From contig WGME01000019.1 in the NCBI GenBank assembly GCA_016125225.1, forward strand, positions 60,162-124,161: a stretch of 64,000 nucleotides of DNA, given 5' to 3'. This DNA is from a bacterium. Lineage in GTDB: Bacteria; Planctomycetota; Planctomycetia; Planctomycetales; Planctomycetaceae. The translations under genes and the position numbers were made by a program. The notes beneath the pieces were generated by a model, which saw only the letters and a program-made list of their open reading frames with translations, was not told where the DNA came from and made no database searches. Below are positions 43,651-52,685 of the stretch, in pieces; the stretch's first letter is position 1, and each line of letters begins with the position of its first letter.

Positions 43651-43680
43651 GACGCCCAGGGAAAGCTTTCCTTGGGCTTC
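43651..43680. repeat. 30-bp palindromic repeat, copy B, in the cimA 5' leader
   Basis: GACGCCCAGGGAAAGCTTTCCTTGGGCTTC. It lies between the attenuator terminator and the cimA ATG. Confidence 0.8.
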
Positions 43681-43684
43681 TAGG

Positions 43685-43717
43685 AAACAAAAAACCCTCA
43701 GGGGCGACCTGAGGGTT
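43685..43717 (-). terminator. Canonical intrinsic terminator inside the cimA leader (candidate attenuator)
   Basis: Minus strand: AACCCUCAGG-UCGCC-CCUGAGGGUU followed by UUUUUUGUUU. It ends 52 nt upstream of the cimA start. Confidence 0.75.
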
Positions 43718-43748
43718 GGAACGTTTGTGCGTCGATCCCAAAGGCCAC

Positions 43749-43865
43749 CTATGCATCGTCTCCAATAATAATCGCCGTAATAATAGCAGATTCCACGAAC
43801 CGGTGTACCCGGCCGATGGCTGCAAATACGGTCAAAGTGGAAACGGAGTTCACAGGCAGTCTCAT
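43749..43865 (-). CDS. Candidate Ile-rich leader peptide (38 codons)
   Basis: MRLPVNSVSTLTVFAAIGRVHRFVESAIITAIIIGDDA*. Five ATT codons fall within eight positions, and the stop is 31 nt before the terminator stem. Confidence 0.5.
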   Translation of the reverse strand: MRLPVNSVSTLTVFAAIGRVHRFVESAIITAIIIGDDA

Positions 43866-43880
43866 TCGGAAAGTTTTTAA

Positions 43881-43909
43881 AGTCTACGAGGCAACCGGGG
43901 GGCTGTCAA
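43881..43909 (-). promoter_or_regulatory. Sigma-70-like promoter for the cimA leader
   Basis: Minus strand TTGACA-N17-TAGACT, directly after the stop of the upstream ORF. Confidence 0.45.
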
Positions 43910-43916
43910 ATTGGGA

Positions 43917-44294
43917 TCAGGCGGCGGTCTCATCCGACCAGAACCGCGAGAAGCCGTGTTCGGTCAAACGACACTGAATGAGCCGGTAACGTTCGCGGTC
44001 TGTCAGGCCATTCAGTACCCCATAAACAACGCACCCCATCACAATGCTGCTCACCTGCACCACACTCATGGGCAGTTGGAACGGTTTCAGGTCGGCGAAG
44101 ACCTCGCTCTGGCTGCAGTATTCGCCGAATTTCTGGCCCTCATATTGCAGTTCGACACCGCAGAAATCGGGGCTCCACTCGTAATCGAACGGGCCGTACG
44201 TTCTTCGCCGGTGCGTGACCCAGAAGCGGGTCCCTTCCAGACGAATGGCGTGGTTGGAGTTCACGGCATGGCTCGAAATACAAGTGAAAGTCAC
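43917..44294 (-). CDS. Hypothetical protein
   Basis: 125-aa ORF of plausible composition. No recognised motif. Confidence 0.45.
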   Translation of the reverse strand: MTFTCISSHAVNSNHAIRLEGTRFWVTHRRRTYGPFDYEWSPDFCGVELQYEGQKFGEYCSQSEVFADLKPFQLPMSVVQVSSIVMGCVVYGVLNGLTDRERYRLIQCRLTEHGFSRFWSDETAA

Positions 44295-44440
44295 GTGGAA
44301 GATGAGGGACGGCCCCCGGGATGGGGCTGACCCCAGCGGTGCGGAATATTGACCGTTGGGGTCGGTTTGGACAATCCCGAATCTGAGAAAACCTCAGGAC
44401 ATGCCGGGTGAAATCCCCGTAATCCCCGCGTGAAAAGCAG

Positions 44441-44881
44441 CTAAGCCACCCAGTCAAGATCGAGATCTGGTGACTTCGCATCCTGTCGAGATGTGGACGC
44501 GAGTTTAGGTGATGGTTGGGTTGAGACAACCGGCAACCGCCAGATGACAAGGAGTCCGCAGGTGGCGAGCACGGTTCCGATCGTTCGGAGCAGAAGCGAA
44601 GCCGTATCTGTCAGCCATAGGGAACAGACTACGCCCACAACCATAGTCACCGCGAGAATTTTGACGTGTCGACGCACCCCCCGATGCACTTCCCAGTCGC
44701 GCAAATAACTGCCGAACCAAGGGTGCGAGAGCAGCCAGCGGTGCGTGAGGGGATCTGAACGGACGAAACAGTAGCTGCTCAGCAGCAGAAATGGCGTTGT
44801 GGGCACGAGCGGTAGCAGTAGCCCGACCAACCCGCATAACAGGGAAAGGCTGCCCAGCAGATAAAGTCCCCAGCGAGCCAT
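44441..44881 (-). CDS. YbaN/DUF454-family inner-membrane protein
   Basis: LGSLSLLCGLVGLLLPLVPTTPFLLLSSYCFVRSDPLTHRWLLSHPWFGSYLRDW. Confidence 0.8.
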   Translation of the reverse strand: MARWGLYLLGSLSLLCGLVGLLLPLVPTTPFLLLSSYCFVRSDPLTHRWLLSHPWFGSYLRDWEVHRGVRRHVKILAVTMVVGVVCSLWLTDTASLLLRTIGTVLATCGLLVIWRLPVVSTQPSPKLASTSRQDAKSPDLDLDWVA

Positions 44882-45378
44882 CGCCGCTCAGCCACAGAGG
44901 GTCGTGAAATCCGTGCTCCGTCTCCCCAACTCTGAACATTTTATCGGTGGCAGCGGGGTTGCCTACGGCGGAAAGTTCGCGGAAGGACACCAGAAACACG
45001 ATGTCGCGGGAAACCTCTCGCCAGTTGCGGATGTGGTTTTATGCCGTTTTGGTGAGGAATCCGTCATGCCTGCCCATAGAATTTTGCCGTCGCACGGGGG
45101 CCGAGCCAAATCGGTTTCATGACTTTTTCCTGCACGATCCGATATTCGCGACGGTCCGAGTTTCAAACTCTTGATGAGAATTTGGCATCACTAAGGATCG
45201 CGTGCTTGACAAGGGCGTGCGACTCGACTATTCCATCAGCGCTTTCGTGACGAGTGTCAATGCCATCTCGAGGCGCAACAATCGCGGTGGAATTGAGACG
45301 AGGACAACCACGGAATGCGGTATGTCCGCCGGAGTGCGGAAGGTTCCCACTCGGTAACTCGGAATCCCAGTAGAATCA

Positions 45379-45705
45379 ATGAGGTTTTCCGCAATGACCA
45401 TCGTGTTACACGACGAAGTCGATGCCTTCGCCGCGTCGACGCCCTGGGCTCCCGAGTCTTGGGATGCTCTCGCCCCCGTGTTTGCCGCCGACGAAGAAGA
45501 ACTGGGCGACGAAGACGGCGACTTTGACGATTTTGGCGACGACGAAGACGATGATGAGCTCGATGAGCTCGACGATCTCGACGACGACGATCTGGATGAG
45601 TTCGACGACGAAGACTTCGACGAAGAAGAAGACTTCGACGAAGAAGATGACGACGATGATTTCGACGACGTTGACGATGAGGAAGACGACGACGAAGAAT
45701 ATTGA
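45379..45705 (+). CDS. Hyper-acidic low-complexity protein (D/E-rich tail)
   Basis: An ordinary N-terminal stretch of about 40 aa is followed by about 65 aa of D/E with periodic F/L, ending ...DDEEDDDEEY. A GAGG lies 9 nt upstream of the second ATG (45394). The opposite-strand Ser-rich ORF needs a TTG start. Confidence 0.5.
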   Translation: MRFSAMTIVLHDEVDAFAASTPWAPESWDALAPVFAADEEELGDEDGDFDDFGDDEDDDELDELDDLDDDDLDEFDDEDFDEEEDFDEEDDDDDFDDVDDEEDDDEEY

Positions 45706-45867
45706 TCCGATCGCTGAACAGCAGATGTTCCGGGGAGACGGACAAGGCTCTCCGGCGTGACACTGTTGCTCAAATTCCGTACGCTTCACAACCGGAACTT
45801 GGCTGATCTGGCCTGATTCCGGTTGTTCTGTTTCTATCGCGGTGTGAATTGAACAAGGAACAAGCCT

Positions 45868-46701
45868 GTGCAGGGCATCTGGGAACACGCTCAAGCGGCC
45901 ATCGACACAATTCGCACCCGCTGGCCGGGAACGCCCCGCGTCGGCCTGATTCTGGGAACCGGACTGGGCGGCCTGTCTGAACAGATCGAGACGGAAGCCA
46001 CCATTCCGTATCACGAGATTCCCCACTTCCCGACCTCCACGGCCCCGGGACATGCCGGACGGCTGGTGTGCGGAACTCTGCGGGGGGTACCGATTGTTGC
46101 GATGGAAGGCCGTCTGCATTACTACGAGGGCTACACGCTGCAGCAGGTGACCTTCCCGGTCCGTGTGATGCGGGCTTTGGGAGCCGAACTGCTGATCGCA
46201 ACGAATGCCGCCGGGGGCATCAACCCGCAACTCGATCTCGCCGACCTCGTGTTGATCGAAGACCATATCAACCTGATGCCCGACAATCCGTTACGGGGCG
46301 TCAACGATGATCGGCTGGGCCCACGTTGGCCCGATCTCGCCGAACCCTACACCAAATCTGTAATGGCGGTGGCCCGTAAGTCCGCGTTGGAGATGGGCAT
46401 TCATCTGCACAAGGGAGTCTTTGTCGCGGTCCCCGGACCCAACCTGGAAACTCGTGCCGAGTACCGGATGCTGAAACAATTTGGGGCAGATGTTGTCGGA
46501 ATGTCGACCGTGCCGGAAGTTCTGGTGGCTGTGCATGGCGGTATGCAGGTCTTGGCGTTTTCCGTGGTCACCGATTTGTGTCTGCCCGATCATCTGGAAC
46601 CGGTCGAAGTTCCCAAGATTCTGGCCAATGCCGACATCGGCGGCAAAAAGTTAGCCCGGTTAATTCCCGAAGTTGTGGCACGTTGGGCTGCAGAAGCCTA
46701 A
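45868..46701 (+). CDS. Purine nucleoside phosphorylase (trimeric PNP/MTAP family)
   Basis: [34 protein letters not shown] and VGMSTVPEV motifs. GTG start. Confidence 0.9.
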   Translation: MQGIWEHAQAAIDTIRTRWPGTPRVGLILGTGLGGLSEQIETEATIPYHEIPHFPTSTAPGHAGRLVCGTLRGVPIVAMEGRLHYYEGYTLQQVTFPVRVMRALGAELLIATNAAGGINPQLDLADLVLIEDHINLMPDNPLRGVNDDRLGPRWPDLAEPYTKSVMAVARKSALEMGIHLHKGVFVAVPGPNLETRAEYRMLKQFGADVVGMSTVPEVLVAVHGGMQVLAFSVVTDLCLPDHLEPVEVPKILANADIGGKKLARLIPEVVARWAAEA

Positions 46702-46718
46702 CCGCCGAAAGGTCAATC

Positions 46719-46985
46719 ATGCCGCTGTTGCGATCGGCTCAATCGCTGCTGTTGGGCTTCAGCCTGTTGTGCGCGTGCGGGTGTTCGGCCAGCAATGTCA
46801 CGCTGGAAAACTACAACAAGATTAAAGCGGGGATGACGCGGGTGGAGGTCGAAGCGATCCTGGGACCACCCCACCAGAAATACCAGGACACGATTTTCAC
46901 CTGGAAGAATGGGGAAACCCATACCATCACCGTAATCATCGATGACCGCGGCATCGTCGATCGGAAAGACATGGAAGGTCTATGA
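46719..46985 (+). CDS. Small lipoprotein (SmpA/OmlA-like fold suspected)
   Basis: MPLLRSAQSLLLGFSLLCACGCSAS lipobox; KIKAGMTRVEVEAILGPP. Confidence 0.6.
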   Translation: MPLLRSAQSLLLGFSLLCACGCSASNVTLENYNKIKAGMTRVEVEAILGPPHQKYQDTIFTWKNGETHTITVIIDDRGIVDRKDMEGL

Positions 46986-48860
46986 CTTTTCCGTCGCCTC
47001 TTCGCCGGCTGGCTGCGAGGGAGGATTCGGGTCGCTGTGAGAACTGGGCGTGCCGCTATCGGTTGTTGGTGGGGTGGGCGAGCGGCCGTTGAGCAGGCGC
47101 TCGAACAAAGCCGATGTCGGCGATCCTCCCAGGAAGTCCTGCCGAATCCGATCGCGTTCCCGATCGATTTGTTCGGCGGTCGCCCCCAGATGCCGCAAGA
47201 TGAGTTCCGTCATCCCCATCGCGATTTCGCCCTCGCCCGAAAACACGACATCGGCTCCCGAGGCCTGCAGCGGAAACACTTCGTGCAGGTACGCTGTCCG
47301 CGCCAGAATACGGATTTTCGGATTCATCTCGCGTGCCAGCCGGATAATTTCCGTTGATCCGGTCATCCCCGCCGCACCGAGCACCAAGGCCACCGCATGC
47401 GTCACACCGGCGGCTTCCAACGTGGGTCTGAGCGTGGCATCACCATACACCACGGGAATGTTGGCCTCTCGTAATTGCCGAACGGTCTCCAGGTTCAGTT
47501 CGATCACCGTGGGAACCACGGCGTTGTTGCGGAGAAGTCGCACCACGGTCCGGCCCACCGGTCCGTAACCGATCACAATCGCGGTATGTTCCACCGACGG
47601 ATTCGCGTCGTCTTTGGCCGGATGAAGTGCCAAGGTACCGCGTCGAGCAAGCACCGTGGCATTCCAGCGCTCGATCATCGGGATTTTCAGCATCAGTTTT
47701 TCCAGCCAGTCAATCCGACGATAGAGCAGCGGATTGATGCTGATGGAGACAATGGCCGCGGCCACCAGGGCACTCGTGGCCCGCTCACCCAGCAATTCCA
47801 GGCGTTCTCCGAGAGTCGCGACGATAAATGTGAATTCGCCGATCTGGGCCAAGGCCACTGCCACCATCAGCGCGATTCGCAACGGGTATTTCAATGCCAG
47901 AATGATGACAATCGCACTCAATGGCTTGCCGAGCACGACAATCCCCAAGGTTGCCAGGAACAATCCGGGGGCGGCCAGCAACATCGATGGATCGAACAGC
48001 ATGCCGATCGACACGAAAAACAACACCGCAAAGGCGTCACGCATTGGCAAGGCATCGGTGGCGGCACGCAGACTGAATTCCGATCGGCCGACGACCATGC
48101 CCGCCAGAAACGCGCCCAAAGCCATCGACGCCCCAAACAGTTCCGCCGAACCGACGGCGATGCCTAGTGCGATCACCAGAATGGCCAGCGTGAACAGCTC
48201 GCGCGAACGCGTCATGGCCACCTGCGACAGGATCCATGGCACGATGCGTTGCCCGGCGACAAAGGTAAAGACAACCAATAATCCCAGCTTGAGAATCGAC
48301 CAGAGCAGCGACAAGGCAATCGCCGTGGGATCGCTTCCCTGGTGCTCAAAAATGGCGGGCAGCATCACCAGGACGAGGACCGTGAACAGGTCTTCCACCA
48401 CGAGCCAACCGACGGCAATGTGTCCACCGGGAGTATGCAGGTCGTTGTTGTCGGCCAGCACTCGCAGCAACACAACCGTGCTGGCCACCGAAATTGCGAG
48501 GCCAAAGACCAGCCCCCCTGCCCAACCCATGCCGGAGACATAGCCAACCGCCACACCGAGAACCGTGGCGGCAGAGATTTGGCCCAAGGCCCCGGGAATC
48601 GCGATGCCCCGCACCTGAATCAGTTCTTCAAGGTGAAATTGCAGGCCGACCCCGAACATCAACAGGATCACGCCGACCTCGGCAAACTGTTCGGCGATAT
48701 GCTGATCACCCACAAAGCCCGGCGTAAATGGACCCAGTAAAAACCCCGCCAGAAGGTACCCTACGATGGGCGAAAGCCGCAGGCGAAACGCGGTGTAGCC
48801 CAGGAAGAGGGCCACGGCTAACCCGTATGTCAGCGTCAGAATCAGTTCGAGGTTATGCAT
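46980..48860 (-). CDS. CPA2-family monovalent cation:proton antiporter with C-terminal RCK/TrkA-N domain (Kef-type)
   Basis: About 12 TM segments with an N-terminus typical of KefB/YbaL, then AIVIGYGPVGRTVVRLL (Rossmann/RCK). Confidence 0.85.
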   Translation of the reverse strand: MHNLELILTLTYGLAVALFLGYTAFRLRLSPIVGYLLAGFLLGPFTPGFVGDQHIAEQFAEVGVILLMFGVGLQFHLEELIQVRGIAIPGALGQISAATVLGVAVGYVSGMGWAGGLVFGLAISVASTVVLLRVLADNNDLHTPGGHIAVGWLVVEDLFTVLVLVMLPAIFEHQGSDPTAIALSLLWSILKLGLLVVFTFVAGQRIVPWILSQVAMTRSRELFTLAILVIALGIAVGSAELFGASMALGAFLAGMVVGRSEFSLRAATDALPMRDAFAVLFFVSIGMLFDPSMLLAAPGLFLATLGIVVLGKPLSAIVIILALKYPLRIALMVAVALAQIGEFTFIVATLGERLELLGERATSALVAAAIVSISINPLLYRRIDWLEKLMLKIPMIERWNATVLARRGTLALHPAKDDANPSVEHTAIVIGYGPVGRTVVRLLRNNAVVPTVIELNLETVRQLREANIPVVYGDATLRPTLEAAGVTHAVALVLGAAGMTGSTEIIRLAREMNPKIRILARTAYLHEVFPLQASGADVVFSGEGEIAMGMTELILRHLGATAEQIDRERDRIRQDFLGGSPTSALFERLLNGRSPTPPTTDSGTPSSHSDPNPPSQPAGEEATEKS

Positions 48861-49097
48861 GGCGGCAGCGTAGCTGAGAAACCCCTTTTCTCCAACGCAA
48901 GATGCTCAATTTCCTGTTTACCAAACTGCTAGAGTACGTTCGTCAAGATGTCGATGGCCGATACGGAAGGTTCATGAAGACATCGGCAAACCGAGGCATA
49001 TGGTTCACCGGTTCATGACATCACGGTATGATGATGATCACGATGGTTTTGTGTCGGGCGATTTGCTCGTCGAGCATAGGAACTGGAGCAGACGGGT

Positions 49098-49781
49098 ATG
49101 AGGAAAGTGGCGGTGGTGGGACTGGGGCGGTTTGGGACCGCCGTCGCACGTCAATTGTCTGCAACCAAAACCCAGGTGATCGCCATCGATACCGATCAGG
49201 AACTGGTCAATGACATCAAAGATGTTGTCAGTGCCGCGATCGTGCTGGATTCGACCGACGAAATCGCTTTCCGCAGCCAGGAAATTCACAAGGTCGATGT
49301 CCTCGTCGTTGCCATTGGCGAGAATTTTGAAGCCGCTTTGCTGACCGCCGTGCTGGGCAAGAAACTCGGCATTCCGCGCGTGGTCTGCCGTGCGAGCACT
49401 TCGATTCATGCCGAGATCTTTGAGCGCATCGGTGCCGATGAGGTCATTCAGCCCGAGACGGAAACGGGTCATCAACTGGCCCGTCGATTGGCGAACCCGT
49501 TGCTGGAAGATTTCATCGATCTGGGGGAAGGGTTCACGCTGATTGAATTGCGAGCCCCTGCCAGTTTTCGTGGCCAGACGCTCCGCGATCTCAATCTGCG
49601 GGTCAAATATAATGTGAACCTGGTGGCCTTACGCCGCACACAAGTTCTCGTCGATGCCCGAGGTAAAGAGACTTCGCGTGAGACCTTAACCGTCCCCGCT
49701 GCTGATGAAGTTATTCAGCCGCACGACACGATGATTCTCATCGGGAGCAACGAAAATCTGGCTCGTGTTCCCAAGGAATAA
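49098..49781 (+). CDS. TrkA/KtrA-type RCK potassium-transport regulatory protein
   Basis: MRKVAVVGLGRFGTAVARQL Rossmann motif plus a TrkA-C-like C-terminus. Confidence 0.85.
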   Translation: MRKVAVVGLGRFGTAVARQLSATKTQVIAIDTDQELVNDIKDVVSAAIVLDSTDEIAFRSQEIHKVDVLVVAIGENFEAALLTAVLGKKLGIPRVVCRASTSIHAEIFERIGADEVIQPETETGHQLARRLANPLLEDFIDLGEGFTLIELRAPASFRGQTLRDLNLRVKYNVNLVALRRTQVLVDARGKETSRETLTVPAADEVIQPHDTMILIGSNENLARVPKE

Positions 49782-49805
49782 ACGAGCCAGGCGGTTCTTC
49801 ACGGA

Positions 49806-51041
49806 TTACAGGCCGTCCACTTCAAGGTTCGGATAGATTTCACGGAGTGCCAGCACACCGCGGGGAGTGCAGCCGGTATGCAATACGGCGATCTTCTCCA
49901 GGCTGCTGCACTTGGTGAGGAATTTCAGCCCGGCGTCATCGATCAGGCGGTTGTTACCAAAATCCAGAAACTTGACCACTTTGTTGCCATTGAATGCCGA
50001 GAGTGACTGATTCGTCAGTGCCGGATTCGACCAGAAAGAAACGACTTCCAGCTTAGGCAATGCCTTCACAATGGTTTTGAAATGCGTGTCCTGAATGTTC
50101 TGCATTTCGGCAAGGTTTAGGTAGGTGAGCTCTTTCAAGGTGATGAGGGCTTTCGCACCGCGCTCATCGAGAGGGCAACGCTGCACCGTCAATTTCTGCA
50201 AGGTGTTGAAACCCTTGCCACCCCCCGGTGGGCGGAAACCGATGCCAGTGATCGGGCAACCCGAAATGTTCAGTTCTTCCAGACCGTCCACATCAGCCAG
50301 CTGAGCTAGGCCATCGTCACTGACCTGGCAGGTTGTGACAAAGAGACGCTTCAAATTCTTCAGCTTCCCAACGGAAGCCATCGTCAAATCGTTGATGTTA
50401 GAATCGGAGATATGGAGTTCTTCGAGATCGGGGTGAGACAGCAGCAGGTCCTGCCAGCTGAATGGCTTCAGAATGGCCCGGTCGGCATGCAGCACTTTCA
50501 GTTGCGACAGCGACTTGAGAACCGCGGCCCCGGTGTCATCAATGCGGGTACCATCGAGATACAGTGACTCAAGCGACTCGGCTTTCGCGACACTCTCCAG
50601 GCTTTCCTTATCCAGCAGTGAGCCACGGATATCGAGCTTGGTGAGGTAGGTCAGCTTGTTGAGTTCACGGATCCCGTTATTGGTGACGGTTGTTCCCGCG
50701 AGATTCAATTCGGTGATCTGGTCGAGCCCCTCTTCGAGTCCACTCAGACTCAATAGCGCGTTATCGTCGATCTGAATCGGGGTTAAGCTTTTAAATTTGT
50801 CGATGATTTCCTGTGGCTGCGGCGGCGGAGGGGGCGGTGGCGGCTCCATCGTGACTTGAGGAGGGGGCACCATCTGCGGCTGCTGCACCACCGGTTGTTG
50901 TTGTGGCTGGCTGGTCCCAATCAACTCGCTCCAGGTGGGCAGTCCGCACCCGCTGGCTAACAGCATCAGCACTGCCAGAGTGGCCAGGGACTCAGCGCGC
51001 CTTGAGCCGAGATATCTCGGCAAGCGGAACACCGTATTCAT
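49806..51041 (-). CDS. Leucine-rich-repeat lipoprotein
   Basis: The signal ends ...LMLLASGCG. A P-rich linker (PPPPPPPPQPQ) is followed by repeated L..L.L....I.D.G LRR units. The start is placed at the internal ATG (cat 51039-51041). Confidence 0.75.
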   Translation of the reverse strand: MNTVFRLPRYLGSRRAESLATLAVLMLLASGCGLPTWSELIGTSQPQQQPVVQQPQMVPPPQVTMEPPPPPPPPQPQEIIDKFKSLTPIQIDDNALLSLSGLEEGLDQITELNLAGTTVTNNGIRELNKLTYLTKLDIRGSLLDKESLESVAKAESLESLYLDGTRIDDTGAAVLKSLSQLKVLHADRAILKPFSWQDLLLSHPDLEELHISDSNINDLTMASVGKLKNLKRLFVTTCQVSDDGLAQLADVDGLEELNISGCPITGIGFRPPGGGKGFNTLQKLTVQRCPLDERGAKALITLKELTYLNLAEMQNIQDTHFKTIVKALPKLEVVSFWSNPALTNQSLSAFNGNKVVKFLDFGNNRLIDDAGLKFLTKCSSLEKIAVLHTGCTPRGVLALREIYPNLEVDGL

Positions 51042-51202
51042 GGGTTTCCTTTTGACAATCAAAGGACCAAAGATAACGACCGAAATCTCGGCGCGGAAAT
51101 CGGACAAAAATAATAACAACGATATCCTAAACATCCGTCCCCTGCCTTGCAACACCTTGGGTAAGCAGACAGACGGAGTCACGCGAAAGACGCTGAACAC
51201 GA

Positions 51203-52660
51203 TTAATCGTTACAGACATTTTGTGGAAGGTCGACAGAATTCCACAAGTTTTTCGTCCCTATACCCATCACTTGTCGCCAGATCGCGAAACCCGCACAGC
51301 CTCCGGTGATCAGCAGAGGTTCCAGAATCATCCGATAGCGATAGCTCGGGGCATCGAGCACGGCGGTGATGCCACAGAACATCACCAGAGTGGTCATGCA
51401 GACGAGCCCGGCAGACCAGTGGCGTGGCGAGAGGCAAAGCCCAAGCGTGCCCATCAGCCCGAGCAAGCTACCCAGCTCCATCACCAGCAACTGATGCTCC
51501 GGGGCCATCGAAAGCCACTGAGTTCGCCTTTCGCGTTGCTGGACTTGGCCCCACATCGATTGTCCCTTGAGCGTCGTCTCCGGCGTGAATTTATCGCCAT
51601 ACAAGGCCTGTTCCCGATCATAAACGACGCGCCAGAAGTCGACGGCTTTCCAACTCATACGCAGCACCGCCCGCAACGGATCACGCCATAAGGCCTGCCA
51701 GGCCACTTTTTGCTGCAGGTCGTCGGCCTGGGCATCGGTGAGACCCGCGTCTGTCAGGGCGTGCGAAACGCTCCAGTTGTTCTCCCATTGAATCTCAAGT
51801 TGCGAGGTCGCCGTCAACTCACGGATGCGTTCCATGTCAGGCGAGTCTGGCAACGATGGTGCTATGGGCCGCCCTGGTCCGAGGATGGAGATCCAGAGTT
51901 CTCGTCCCAGAAAAATCACAGGTGTTGGTCGGCCGAAGATCAACGCATTCCGCACACACCAGGGACCGATCATCACCGCTGCAATCACGCCACCGACAGC
52001 CAGCCGTGAAGCAAGACGACGAACCGCAATCCGGCTGAATCCGGTGGACCAAGACGGTAAGGCCAAAGCCAACACCAGTACCGGCAAGAGCGCGACCGAA
52101 GACGGCCGGATCAGGAAACTCAGCGACCAGAGCCCACAAATCCCGCACCACGTTCGCCAGTTTATGACATCACGGCTGGTGGTCAGCAGGATCATGGTCA
52201 GCGTGAGCACCGGGAGATAGACCGTCTCGGTCAACAACGTCTCGGCATAACTGGCAGAACCAAGACTCAGCACGCGGATCAGTAAGGCCAGATTGACCAG
52301 CCAGACGCGCGATGTCAGCCGCCATGTCCACCACGCCGTCAAACCCGTCGTGATGAACAGGCACAGATGTTGCAGAATGCTGATCGCTCGCCAGGCCGAT
52401 GAGCCGCACAACCACTGGCACACACCGATCAGCCACGGATACCCCGGCGTGCGATAACCGATCGCGTCGGCCGTCATCCAGACATCACCACGGGCGACCT
52501 GCGTACCGAGTTGCCAGTAACCCGCGGCGTCATAAGCCACGGGGGCCGGCCCTGCCCGCTCCAGCCAGATCAGCTTGCCCCCTTCAACGAGCAGCAACAT
52601 CACCGCTACACCCCAGCCGAGGCGATTCCACCAGCACGGCGAGGAGTTCGCAGGGTTCAC
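51203..52660 (-). CDS. GT-C-type membrane glycosyltransferase-like protein (ArnT/PMT_2-like)
   Basis: Polytopic; N-terminal D..GY motif (YDAAGYWQLG). The family assignment is tentative. Confidence 0.5.
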   Translation of the reverse strand: MNPANSSPCWWNRLGWGVAVMLLLVEGGKLIWLERAGPAPVAYDAAGYWQLGTQVARGDVWMTADAIGYRTPGYPWLIGVCQWLCGSSAWRAISILQHLCLFITTGLTAWWTWRLTSRVWLVNLALLIRVLSLGSASYAETLLTETVYLPVLTLTMILLTTSRDVINWRTWCGICGLWSLSFLIRPSSVALLPVLVLALALPSWSTGFSRIAVRRLASRLAVGGVIAAVMIGPWCVRNALIFGRPTPVIFLGRELWISILGPGRPIAPSLPDSPDMERIRELTATSQLEIQWENNWSVSHALTDAGLTDAQADDLQQKVAWQALWRDPLRAVLRMSWKAVDFWRVVYDREQALYGDKFTPETTLKGQSMWGQVQQRERRTQWLSMAPEHQLLVMELGSLLGLMGTLGLCLSPRHWSAGLVCMTTLVMFCGITAVLDAPSYRYRMILEPLLITGGCAGFAIWRQVMGIGTKNLWNSVDLPQNVCND

Positions 52661-52685
52661 GGCGACTAAAGTCCGACGTTATTTA

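Noticed and set aside
45228-45773. Minus-strand poly-Ser ORF (181 aa) opposite the hyper-acidic ORF
   Set aside because: It requires a TTG start and has no in-frame ATG until far downstream. The plus-strand ORF has an ATG preceded by GAGG and a normal-looking N-terminus. The question is kept open in the finding, but the ORF is not annotated as a CDS.
48861-49097. Possible riboswitch (for example c-di-AMP/ydaO type) in the divergent spacer between the Kef-type antiporter and the TrkA-like gene
   Set aside because: I could not recognise any conserved riboswitch core or a terminator/anti-terminator arrangement by eye. A covariance-model scan would be needed before claiming anything.
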